Shown here: positions 16,415 through 25,239 of the stretch, one piece after another
Layout: each line of letters starts with the position of its first letter
How positions within the stretch are numbered: the stretch's first letter is position 1
From: an uncultured Desulfobacterales bacterium
GTDB taxonomy: Bacteria; Desulfobacterota; DSM-4660; Desulfatiglandales; HGW-15
Direction of reading: 5' to 3'
Length of the DNA stretch: 64,000 nt
Assembly (NCBI GenBank): GCA_964443135.1
Contig: CAYUBQ010000005.1
Span: 13,692 to 77,691 of the forward strand
The notes under the pieces: generated by a model
Database searches by the model: none
What the model was told of the DNA's origin: nothing
Seen by the model: only the letters and a program-made list of their open reading frames with translations
Translations under genes and position numbers: made by a program

Positions 16415-19400
16415 GACGAAAGATCGGCAAGGCGCTCGTGGTGGGCGCGGGAATCGCCGGCATTCGATCCGCCCTGGATCTGGCCGAGACCGGTTACGGA
16501 GTGACGCTGATCGAGCGCGCCCCCCACATCGGCGGCATCCTGGCGCAGCTCGACCGCCAGTTCCCGACGGATGCCTGCGGCATGTGCCGGATGCTTCCCA
16601 TGGTGGAGCGGGACGCCGGCGGCCAGTACTGCCTGCGCAAGGGGCTCTTCCACGAGAACATCGACCTGAGGCTGGGAACCGAGCTGAAGGGTCTGGAAGG
16701 GGAGCCCGGGAGGTTCGAGGCCACCTTGAGCACGCGAAGGGCGCGAATCGATCCGGACCGCTGTCAGGGCTGCGGCGCGTGCGCGGAGGCCTGCCCCGTG
16801 GAGCTCCCCGATCCTTTCAACGAGGGCCTCTCCGCGAGGAAGGCCGTCTATCTTCCCGTGCCCCACGCGGTGCCGAACCCGTTTGTCATCGATGCGGAGG
16901 CCTGCACCCTCTGCGGCGCCTGCGAGCAGGTCTGCCCCACCGACGCGATCACCCTCGGGGACCCCGGCCGGAAGGCGTTCCGCGTTCTCGTCGTGGACGA
17001 CGAGAGGATTGTCCGGGACTCCCTCGAGGACTGGCTCGAGGACGTGGGGTTCGGTGTGGAGACGGCGGCCTCGGGCCAGGAGGCCCTGGATCGGCTGGCG
17101 CAGGATCCCTTCGACCTCCTGCTGGTGGACATCAAGATGCCCGGCATGGACGGGGTGGAGGTCCTGCGCCGGGCGCGTGAGAGCCGCCCCGACCTCACCG
17201 TGATCATGATCACGGCGTACGCCACGGTGGACACCGCGGTGGAGGCCATGAAGATCGGCGCCCTGGACTACCTGACCAAACCGTTCGACCCGGAAAAGCT
17301 GGTTCCGATGGTGGAAACCGTGTACCAGGACCGCCACGGCCCCGGACGGGAGACCCTGGAGGTGGGGGCCGTGGTGCTGGCCTGCGGCATGTCCGTCCTC
17401 GACCCCTCCGAAGGGTTCGGTTGGACCGGGTACGCCGAGATGGCCGACGTGGTGACCGGACTCGAGCTCGAAAGGATCCTGAGCGGGACAGGCCCCACGG
17501 GGGGGCGTCTGACGAGGCCCTCCGACGGCGGGCCCGTAAAGCGGATCGCCTGGCTCCAGTGCGTGGGGTCCCGGGACCGGCAGGCCGACGCGGAGTTCTG
17601 CTCCTCCATCTGCTGCATGATCTCCCTCAAGGAGGCGCGCCTGGTCCGAAAGCGCACGGGCGGCGAGGTGGAGACCCACATCTTCTACATGGACCTCCGC
17701 ACCCCGGGGAAGCGTTTTCAGCGCTACGAAGAAGGGGCGGAGGCCGAAGGCGTGCAGCTCCACCGGGTACGGGTCCACTCGGTGGTGCCGGAGGAGAGGA
17801 CCGGGCTACCCCGGATCCAGTACGTCTCGGAGGAGGGCGTCCTCCGGGAGGAGACCTTTGACCTGGTGGTGCTCGCGACGGGGGCCCGGCCTCCGGCCGG
17901 AACCGGCGAGCTGGCCGACATGCTCGATCTGGAACGAAACCCGTGGGGGTTTGTTCAGCCCCGGGCGTTTCACCCGGCCGTGTCCAGCCGCGAAGGCGTG
18001 CTCCTTAGCGGGGCCTTCGGGGCTCCTTGCGACATCGCCGACTCGGTCCTGTTGGCCGGCGGAGCAGCCCTGGAGGCCTCCCGCATCATTCACGCCGCGG
18101 GAGGAGGCCTTGCGCCGGAGGAGTCAGAGGAGAGCCCGTACCGGGACGTCTCGCGGGAGCGGCCCAGGAGCCTGATCGCGCTCTGCCGATGTGCCAGGGA
18201 CACCGTTCCCGACCTCGATCTCGAAGGCCTGGCCCGCGACCTGGAGGCCGACCCCGGAGTGGCCCGGGTGGAGGTCGTCGAGAACCTCTGCACGGCCTCC
18301 GGCTGGGACGCTCTGGTGGAGGCGGCCCGGAAGAAGCGACCCAACCGCATCCTTTTGGGGGCGTGCCTTCCTTACGTCTACGGCCGGCGGCTCCGCGAGC
18401 TGGGCAGGCAAATCGGTCTGGCCCCGGGCTACATGGACGTGGTGGATCTTCGGACACCCTTCTTCTCCGTCAATGAACCCGAGGCGGCCCGCCGCCTGGC
18501 CGGCTCGGAGATCCGCATGGCGCTGGCCCGAGTTCGACGCCCCGGCCCGCCGGTCCGGGAGGTCCGGACCGTGGAGCCCCGGGCCCTGGTGGTGGGGGGC
18601 GGAATCGCGGGCCTCTATGCGGCGCTGGCCATCGCCGATCACGGCTACCCCGTGGAGATCGTGGAGCGCGAAGCAGCCCCGGGCGGAAACCTGACCTGGT
18701 TGCCGCGCACGCTCGAGGGCAGGGAGCCGGCGGAGCTCCTGGAAGGGGTCCTGGCCGAGGTGGAAAAGCACCCCCAGGTTCAACTGCACGCCTCGGCGGA
18801 GGTGGTCGAGTCCTCCGGTCGAGCGGGCCGGTTCAGGACCGTGATTCAGAACGCCGAGGGGGTTCGCCGAACCGTGGAGCACGGTGTGGTCATCCTGGCC
18901 ACCGGCGGCCGCGAGGCGGAGCCCGAGGGGTTCGGTCGGGGCGAAGCGGAGAAGGTCCTCACCCAGCGGGAGTTGGAACGGGTCCTGGCCGGGGAGGACC
19001 TGGATCCCGCCGGTCTCGAGTCCGTGGTGATGATCCAGTGCGCCGGGACCCGCACCGGGTCCCGCAACTACTGCAGCCGCGTCTGCTGCCCCACGGCCGT
19101 GCGCCAGGCTCTGCTTCTCCGTGAAAGGAACCCGGAGCTCTCGGTCTGGGTCCTCTACCGGGACATGATGACGCCCGGGTTCCTGGAGGCGGACTACGCC
19201 CGGGCCCGGGAGGCCGGGGTGCACTTCATCCGGTACGCACCCGAGCGGAGGCCGGCGGTGGAGGCTGGGTCGGAGAAGGCGGCGGTCACCGTGTGGGAGC
19301 CGGTGCTGGGGAGGGAGGTTCGGATCCCGGCGGACCTGGTGGTCCTGGCGGGCGGGGTTTCACCCGAGCTGCCCGCGGAGCTCGCCGCGACCTTTGGCGC

Positions 19401-19833
19401 CGGGCTGGACGAGGCCGGCTTCTTCCAGGAGGCCGACGGCAAGTGGCGGCCCGTGGACGCCCTGCGTGAGGGGGTGTTCGCCTGCGGGCTGGCCCTCTCG
19501 CCCCGCACCGTGGCCGAGTCCCTGGCCTCGGCCGGCGCCGCGGCGGAACGGGCCCTTCGCATCCTCGCAAGGGAGACCCTCCCCGTGGACCTTCGGGTGG
19601 CGCGCGTCCGTCACGCCCTCTGCTCGCGTTGCGAGCAGTGCCTGGACGCCTGCCCTTACGAGGCCCGCTACGTGGATCCGGAGAAGGGCCTGGTGGTCGT
19701 GGACGAGACGGCGTGTCAGGGCTGCGGAAGCTGCGCGGCCGTCTGCCCGAACAGCGCCACGGTGCTGGAAGGGCTGGACGACCGCCGGATGCTCGAGTCC
19801 ATCGACGCGGCCCTGGAGGCGGGTTGGAGGTGA
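16411..19833 (+). CDS. Tandem HdrA-type flavoprotein (two HdrA modules) with an embedded CheY-type receiver domain
   Basis: Module 1: ALVVGGGAGIAGIRSALD-type fold (KALVVGAGIAGIRSALD), FPTDACGMC, CQGCGACAEACP, CTLCGACEQVCP, then REC (aa about 190-306), then WLQCVGSRDRQADAEFCSSICCMISLKE. Module 2: ALVVGGGIAGLYAALA, MIQCAGTRTGSRNYCSRVCCPTAV, and C-terminal CSRCEQCLDACP/CQGCGSCAAVCP. Confidence 0.9.
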   Translation: MRRKIGKALVVGAGIAGIRSALDLAETGYGVTLIERAPHIGGILAQLDRQFPTDACGMCRMLPMVERDAGGQYCLRKGLFHENIDLRLGTELKGLEGEPGRFEATLSTRRARIDPDRCQGCGACAEACPVELPDPFNEGLSARKAVYLPVPHAVPNPFVIDAEACTLCGACEQVCPTDAITLGDPGRKAFRVLVVDDERIVRDSLEDWLEDVGFGVETAASGQEALDRLAQDPFDLLLVDIKMPGMDGVEVLRRARESRPDLTVIMITAYATVDTAVEAMKIGALDYLTKPFDPEKLVPMVETVYQDRHGPGRETLEVGAVVLACGMSVLDPSEGFGWTGYAEMADVVTGLELERILSGTGPTGGRLTRPSDGGPVKRIAWLQCVGSRDRQADAEFCSSICCMISLKEARLVRKRTGGEVETHIFYMDLRTPGKRFQRYEEGAEAEGVQLHRVRVHSVVPEERTGLPRIQYVSEEGVLREETFDLVVLATGARPPAGTGELADMLDLERNPWGFVQPRAFHPAVSSREGVLLSGAFGAPCDIADSVLLAGGAALEASRIIHAAGGGLAPEESEESPYRDVSRERPRSLIALCRCARDTVPDLDLEGLARDLEADPGVARVEVVENLCTASGWDALVEAARKKRPNRILLGACLPYVYGRRLRELGRQIGLAPGYMDVVDLRTPFFSVNEPEAARRLAGSEIRMALARVRRPGPPVREVRTVEPRALVVGGGIAGLYAALAIADHGYPVEIVEREAAPGGNLTWLPRTLEGREPAELLEGVLAEVEKHPQVQLHASAEVVESSGRAGRFRTVIQNAEGVRRTVEHGVVILATGGREAEPEGFGRGEAEKVLTQRELERVLAGEDLDPAGLESVVMIQCAGTRTGSRNYCSRVCCPTAVRQALLLRERNPELSVWVLYRDMMTPGFLEADYARAREAGVHFIRYAPERRPAVEAGSEKAAVTVWEPVLGREVRIPADLVVLAGGVSPELPAELAATFGAGLDEAGFFQEADGKWRPVDALREGVFACGLALSPRTVAESLASAGAAAERALRILARETLPVDLRVARVRHALCSRCEQCLDACPYEARYVDPEKGLVVVDETACQGCGSCAAVCPNSATVLEGLDDRRMLESIDAALEAGWR

Positions 19834-19893
19834 CCGGAGCCGTTCGGAAGGGCGGCTGAGCGGCGAACACGGGACATGCCCCGAGGTGACGTC

Positions 19894-20472
19894 ATGGTGG
19901 AGATTCAGAAGCAGGACCCGCGCGGATCGAACGGAGCGGAGGGACCGGATCCCCTGGCTGCGGTGCGGAAGCTGATTCAGCCCTGCATCCAGTGCGGGAC
20001 GTGCACGGGCTCGTGCCCCAACGCGTTCGCCATGGACCTCACGCCCCGCGTGCTGTGGCGGCTTGTGCTGAGGGGAGAGGTCGACGAGATCTTCCACAGC
20101 CGGACCTTCACGCTCTGCTCCTCCTGCTACTCCTGCACGTTGCGGTGTCCCCGTCAGCTCCCGGTGACCGAGGCCATGGCCGGTCTCAAGCAGGAGGCCG
20201 CGAGGCGCCGGCCGGAGCTCCATCGCCCCAGCGCGGCGTTCAGCAGGACCTTCATGGACAGCGTCCGCAGGCACGGCCGGGTCAACGAGATGGAGTTCAT
20301 GTTCTTCTACTTCGCCGCCCGGAAGAACCCGCTCCTTCCCTTTCGATTTTCTCCCATGGGCATGAGGCTGATGCGAAGGGGTAAGGTGAAGGTGTCCGTG
20401 CCCGGGTCGGGCGGAAACGACGTTTTGGATTCCCTGTTTCGAAACGTGGAGCGACTGGAGCGCACCCCATGA
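19894..20472 (+). CDS. hdrC: Heterodisulfide reductase subunit C-like (2x[4Fe-4S])
   Basis: Cluster motifs CIQCGTCTGSCP and CSSCYSCTLRCP. Start preferred at ATG 19894 (GAGGTGA 5 nt upstream) over 19876. The stop overlaps the hdrB start (ATGA). Confidence 0.85.
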   Translation: MVEIQKQDPRGSNGAEGPDPLAAVRKLIQPCIQCGTCTGSCPNAFAMDLTPRVLWRLVLRGEVDEIFHSRTFTLCSSCYSCTLRCPRQLPVTEAMAGLKQEAARRRPELHRPSAAFSRTFMDSVRRHGRVNEMEFMFFYFAARKNPLLPFRFSPMGMRLMRRGKVKVSVPGSGGNDVLDSLFRNVERLERTP

Positions 20473-21335
20473 GGTACTTCTACTACCCGGGATGCTCCCT
20501 GGAGGGAACCGCAAGGGAGTACGACCTGAGCACCCGTGCCTTTCTCCGCGCGGCCGGGATGGACCTGGTGGATCTGCCCGACTGGACCTGCTGCGGGGCC
20601 ACCGCGGCCCAGGGAATGAGCCGGCTGCTTGCCCTGGCCCTCCCGGCCCGGAATCTGGCCCTGGCCGAGAGGACCGGTGAGACCCTGGACATCCTGGTTC
20701 CCTGCAGCGCCTGCTACCTGAACCTGAGAAGGGCCGAGGAGAGGATCCGCTCGGGCGGGGAGGCGAAGCGCGAGATCAACGAGGCCCTGTCCGAGACCGG
20801 GCTCCAGTGCAGCGGGGGAGTCCGGGTGCGTCACCTCCTCGACGTTCTCTCCCGGGACCTGGACGCCGCCTGGCTGGCCGAACGCGTGACGCGCCCCCTC
20901 GAGGGGATGCGCATCGCCTCCTACTACGGTTGCCAGTGCCTGCGGCCGTATGCGGACTTCGACGACCCGGAGGAGCCTCGAACCATGGAGCCGCTCATCC
21001 GGGCCACCGGCGCGGAACTGTTCTCCTGGACCGCCGGGGCCCGCTGCTGCGGCGCTTCCCACATGACCACCAAGCCCGAGATCGGGATCGAACTCGTGGC
21101 CGGTCTGCTCGAGGCGGCGCGCGGGGCGGATGCCATCGTGACCGTGTGCCCCATGTGCCAGATGAACCTCGAGGCCTACCAGCGAAAGGCCTCGCGCGTC
21201 CGGGGAGCCGACCTGAGTGCGACCGTTCTCTACCTTCCCCAGCTTCTCGGCCTCGCGCTGGGCCTTTCGAGTGACGAGGTCCGCCTCGATCTCAACCTCG
21301 CCGTCGGGCGGGGGTTCAAGAAAACGGCCGCCTGA
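20469..21335 (+). CDS. hdrB: Heterodisulfide reductase subunit B-like (two CCG domains)
   Basis: Motifs: YYPGCSL, DWTCCGAT, VPCSACY, YYGCQC, ARCCGAS and TVCPMCQMNL. Confidence 0.9.
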   Translation: MRYFYYPGCSLEGTAREYDLSTRAFLRAAGMDLVDLPDWTCCGATAAQGMSRLLALALPARNLALAERTGETLDILVPCSACYLNLRRAEERIRSGGEAKREINEALSETGLQCSGGVRVRHLLDVLSRDLDAAWLAERVTRPLEGMRIASYYGCQCLRPYADFDDPEEPRTMEPLIRATGAELFSWTAGARCCGASHMTTKPEIGIELVAGLLEAARGADAIVTVCPMCQMNLEAYQRKASRVRGADLSATVLYLPQLLGLALGLSSDEVRLDLNLAVGRGFKKTAA

Positions 21336-21360
21336 CGCATTCACCTGGAAAGGACCGCCG

Positions 21361-23667
21361 GTGTTCTCCTGGATCAAGAGCCTTCGGCAGAGGCTGGTGA
21401 CCAAGCTGATCCTGACCGTGGGGTTGACCCTGCTGGTCAGCATCTCGGCCTGGTCGTACGCCATCGTCCGTTACCAGGAGAACCAGACCATGCGCAACCT
21501 TTCCCTGGAGGCGGATCGTCTGAGCACGACCATCAAGCTGGGCACCCACTACGCCATGATGCTGAACTCCAGGGAGGACATCGCCGAGACCATCAAGAAC
21601 ATCAGCCGCCAGCCGGAGATCAAGGCCATCCGCATCTACAACAAGTCGGGCCAGATCACCTACTCGGACGATGCGGAGGAGATCGGCCGGATCACGAACA
21701 TCAAGGACGAGGCCTGCTACGTGTGCCATCGCAGCGACCCGCCCCTGGTCGAGCTGGACCTGTCCGAAAGGACCAGGATCTTCAAGGGTGAAAACGAAAC
21801 CCGCATGCTCGGCATCCTGAGCGCCATCTACAACGAGCCGGGGTGCGCCTCCGCGGCGTGCCACATCCACCCCGAGGGCAAAGAGGTCCTGGGGGCGCTG
21901 GACGTGGTGCTTACCCTGGCCCCGGCGGAAAAGAGGATCACCGCCTACAAGCAGTGGACCACGGCCATGACCGTGCTCGTCCTCCTGGTCACGACCGTGG
22001 CGGTGCTCCTGTTCATCATGCGCTTCGTCAATCGTCCTGTGAGCCACATGATCGCGGCCACCCGGCGGATCGCGAGGGGTGAAAGCGACGTGGGCGTGGA
22101 AGTCCGCCAGGAGGACGAGATGGGCCAGCTGGCGGACGCCATCACCTACATGGGCGGTGAGATCGAGCGGAACCAGGCGGCCCTCAACAAGCAGCGCAAG
22201 GAGTACCAGCGGTTGTTCGAGCTCGTCCCCTGCATCATCACGGTGCAGGACCGAAACTACAGGCTCATCAACTACAACCGGGAGTTCGCCGAGAAGTTCG
22301 CCCCCACTCCCATGGACACCTGCTACCATGCCTACAAGGGCCGAACGAGCAAGTGCGATCCGTGCCCCGTGGAGAGGGCCTTCGAGGACGGTGAGGTTCA
22401 TCAAAGCGAGGAGTCCGGGATGAACTGGGACGGCACCATGAGCCACTGGATCGTGATCGCCACCCCGGTCTGGAACGAGAAGGGCGAGATCCAGTCGGCC
22501 ATGGAGATCAGCCTGGACATCACGGAACGTCGGCTCCTGGAGCAGGAGCTGGAAAAGTCCGAGCAGAAGTATCACGCCATCTTCAACAACATTCCCAACG
22601 CCGTCTTTGTCCTGGATCCGGACACCCTGGACATCCTCGACTGCAACGACAGCATAACCCAGGTGTACGGCTACGGAAAAGACGAGATCTTGAACCGGTC
22701 CTTCCTGGAGCTTCACGAGGAGAAGGGGCGCGAGCAGTTCAGGAAGATGCTCAAAGCCTACGAGGTGCTCAACCGGGTGCAGCACGAGCACAAGACGGGG
22801 AGGACGATCTACGTGAACATTCGGGTCTCCCCCTCCGAGTACACCGGTCAGAAGGTGCTCCTGGTCACCACGAGCGACATCACCAAGAGGCTGGAGACCG
22901 AGGAGCAGCTGGCCCAGGCGAGCAAGCTGGCCACCCTGGGGGAGATGGCCACGGGTGTGGCCCACGAGCTCAACCAGCCCCTTTCCGTGATCAAGACCGT
23001 GTCCAGCTTTTTCATGAAGAAGCTGAACGCAGCGCAGGAAATACCCGCCGAGACGCTGTACCAGATGCTCGGCAAGGTGGACACCAACGTGGACCGGGCC
23101 ACCAAGATCATCACCCACATGCGTCTCTTCGCCCGGAAGTCAGAGATGAAGCTCGACCAGGTGCGGATCGAGGACGTGCTGGACCGGGCCTTCGACATCT
23201 TCACCCAGCAGCTCAGGGTACGCGGCATCGAGGTGGTTCGGGAGTTCGGTGAGACGTCGCCCCCCATCATGGCGGATCCGGACCGGTTGGAGCAGGTCTT
23301 CATCAATCTCCTGATCAACGCCAGGGACGCCATCGAGGAGCGGTGGGCGGGTCGGGAGAGCGAGTCGGGGGACAAGCGGATCACCGTGAGGACGAGGTCC
23401 GAGGACGGTGCCGTGGTGGTGGAGGTGCAGGACACGGGCTCCGGGATCGACGGCGCCCACAAGGACAAGATCTTCGATCCCTTCTTCACCACGAAGGAGG
23501 TGGGGAAGGGGACCGGACTGGGACTGTCCATCAGCTACGGGATCGTCAAGGACTGCGGGGGAGACATCTGCGTGGCTCGGAACGAAGGACCCGGCGCCTG
23601 CTTCGCGGTCCGGTTCCCCGTGAAGGATGAAGAGGATGAATCGACAGACCATACTCCTGGTGGATGA
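21361..23667 (+). CDS. Transmembrane sensor histidine kinase: extracytoplasmic CXXCH domain, HAMP, 2x PAS, HisKA, HATPase
   Basis: GTG 21361 lies 25 nt after hdrB. TM1 spans aa 14-35, followed by a 165-aa loop with CYVCH (21715-21729) and CASAACH (21844-21864), then TM2 and HAMP. Kinase motifs: H-box GVAHELNQPLS, NLLINARDAI, DTGSGI, GTGLGLS. Confidence 0.85.
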   Translation: MFSWIKSLRQRLVTKLILTVGLTLLVSISAWSYAIVRYQENQTMRNLSLEADRLSTTIKLGTHYAMMLNSREDIAETIKNISRQPEIKAIRIYNKSGQITYSDDAEEIGRITNIKDEACYVCHRSDPPLVELDLSERTRIFKGENETRMLGILSAIYNEPGCASAACHIHPEGKEVLGALDVVLTLAPAEKRITAYKQWTTAMTVLVLLVTTVAVLLFIMRFVNRPVSHMIAATRRIARGESDVGVEVRQEDEMGQLADAITYMGGEIERNQAALNKQRKEYQRLFELVPCIITVQDRNYRLINYNREFAEKFAPTPMDTCYHAYKGRTSKCDPCPVERAFEDGEVHQSEESGMNWDGTMSHWIVIATPVWNEKGEIQSAMEISLDITERRLLEQELEKSEQKYHAIFNNIPNAVFVLDPDTLDILDCNDSITQVYGYGKDEILNRSFLELHEEKGREQFRKMLKAYEVLNRVQHEHKTGRTIYVNIRVSPSEYTGQKVLLVTTSDITKRLETEEQLAQASKLATLGEMATGVAHELNQPLSVIKTVSSFFMKKLNAAQEIPAETLYQMLGKVDTNVDRATKIITHMRLFARKSEMKLDQVRIEDVLDRAFDIFTQQLRVRGIEVVREFGETSPPIMADPDRLEQVFINLLINARDAIEERWAGRESESGDKRITVRTRSEDGAVVVEVQDTGSGIDGAHKDKIFDPFFTTKEVGKGTGLGLSISYGIVKDCGGDICVARNEGPGACFAVRFPVKDEEDESTDHTPGG

Positions 23668-25216
23668 TGAGGAAGACATCCGCCTCGTGCTGAGCGTTGC
23701 CCTCACCGACATGGGGTACGACGTGATTGCGGCCGAGAACGGCAAGGAGGCCCTCCGGCTGTTTCGAGAGAAACGTCCGCCCATCGTCATCACGGACATC
23801 AAGATGCCCGACATCGACGGCGTGGACCTTCTCAGGACGATCAAGGAGGAGGCTCCGGACACCGAGGTCGTCATGATCACCGGGCACGGGGACATGGACG
23901 TGGCCATTCAGAGCTTTCAACAGGAGGCCACGGACTTCATCACCAAGCCCATAAACGTGGAGAATCTGGAAAACTCGTTGCAGCGCGTGCACGAGCGGAT
24001 CCTCGCTCGGGAGAAGCTGCGGCAGTACACCCACTCTCTGGAGAGCATGGTCTACCGGAAGTCGGAGGAGCTGGCCAGCCTGGAAAAGACGCTCCAGGGC
24101 GGGGACGGCGGGCCGCCGGCGGGTGACGTCGTCCGGCGGTTCCAGCGGCTCTTCGACGACCTCCCCTGCCACGTGGCGGTGATGGACGAGGAACTGGTCC
24201 TCACCGCCGTCAACCGGAAGTTTCGTCGGGACTTCGGTGACCGTGAGGGGGAGTTGTGCTATCATGTGTTGAAAAATGCGAAAGCCCCCTGCACGGACTG
24301 CGCTGTGCAGGAGACCTTCGGCACGGGCGAGAGCCAGGAGGGGGAGGCGGAGATCACCACGCCGGACGGCGTCGCGCATCAGGTCCTCGTGTGGACCTCG
24401 CCGGTACGCACGGCCGGGGACGACCCCACCCACGTGCTCACGCTCTACACGGACATGACCCAGATCCGGAAGGTCCAGGACCACCTGAGCTCGCTGGGGC
24501 TCATGGTGGGATCCATCTCCCACAGCATCAAGGGCATGCTCACGGGCCTGGACGGCGGCATGTACCTGCTGGACTCGGGCCTGCGGAGGCAGGACGACGA
24601 TCAGGTCCACGAAGGCCTTGGCGTGGTCAAGGAGATGGTGGGACGGATCCGGAACATGGTGCTGGACGTCCTGCTCTTTTCCAAGGACCGGGATCTCAGG
24701 AAGGTCGAGACGGGGGTGGCGGAGTTCGCCGCGGAGGCGGCCAAGGGGATTCGATCCCTGGTGGAGGAGCACGGGATTGACTTCAGCCTGGAGTGCCCCG
24801 AGGACGCCGGCGTGTTCGAGGTGGACCCGGGGCTTCTCCGCACGGCCTTTGTGAACGTGCTCGAGAACGCGGTGGACGCGTGTCTCGAGGACAAGAGCCG
24901 GAAGGACCACCGGATTGCGTTTCGCGTTCGTGGTGAGGAGGACGAGGTCGTCTTCGAGGTGGAGGACGACGGCGTGGGCATGGACGAAGAGACCCGAGAG
25001 AAGATGGCCACCCTGTTTTTCTCTTCGAAAGACCGGAAGGGAACCGGGCTGGGGCTCTACATCACGGACCGGACCGTCCGGCAGCACGGCGGCGACATTG
25101 CCGTGGAATCCGAGGCGGGTCGGGGGACGCTGTTCACCATCCGGATTCCACGGAAGGCCGAAGCAGGCGGAGACGCACCCGCAGGTGACGTCGGCGGGCC
25201 GGGGGAGGACACCTGA
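23627..25216 (+). CDS. Hybrid sensor kinase: receiver, Cys-motif PAS, HisKA-like, HATPase
   Basis: REC motifs: LLVDDEEDIR, ITDIKMPDIDG, MITGH, ITKP. The PAS carries C-x10-C-x2-C. Kinase motifs: H-box SISHSIKGML, NVLENAVDA, DDGVGM, GTGLGLY. It overlaps the preceding kinase by about 40 nt. An alternative ATG is at 23636. Confidence 0.85.
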   Translation: MKRMNRQTILLVDDEEDIRLVLSVALTDMGYDVIAAENGKEALRLFREKRPPIVITDIKMPDIDGVDLLRTIKEEAPDTEVVMITGHGDMDVAIQSFQQEATDFITKPINVENLENSLQRVHERILAREKLRQYTHSLESMVYRKSEELASLEKTLQGGDGGPPAGDVVRRFQRLFDDLPCHVAVMDEELVLTAVNRKFRRDFGDREGELCYHVLKNAKAPCTDCAVQETFGTGESQEGEAEITTPDGVAHQVLVWTSPVRTAGDDPTHVLTLYTDMTQIRKVQDHLSSLGLMVGSISHSIKGMLTGLDGGMYLLDSGLRRQDDDQVHEGLGVVKEMVGRIRNMVLDVLLFSKDRDLRKVETGVAEFAAEAAKGIRSLVEEHGIDFSLECPEDAGVFEVDPGLLRTAFVNVLENAVDACLEDKSRKDHRIAFRVRGEEDEVVFEVEDDGVGMDEETREKMATLFFSSKDRKGTGLGLYITDRTVRQHGGDIAVESEAGRGTLFTIRIPRKAEAGGDAPAGDVGGPGEDT

Positions 25217-25239
25217 ACCGAAGGGAGAGGAGGTGCACC

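Noticed and set aside
19876-19893. Upstream ATG 19876 as the hdrC start
   Set aside because: It has no Shine-Dalgarno sequence. ATG 19894 has GAGGTGA 5 nt upstream. The difference is only 6 codons and remains uncertain.
11367-21335. Selenocysteine (in-frame TGA) in HdrA/MvhD, as occurs in some sulfate reducers
   Set aside because: All Hdr/MvhD reading frames are continuous without internal stops. Cys occupies the relevant positions.
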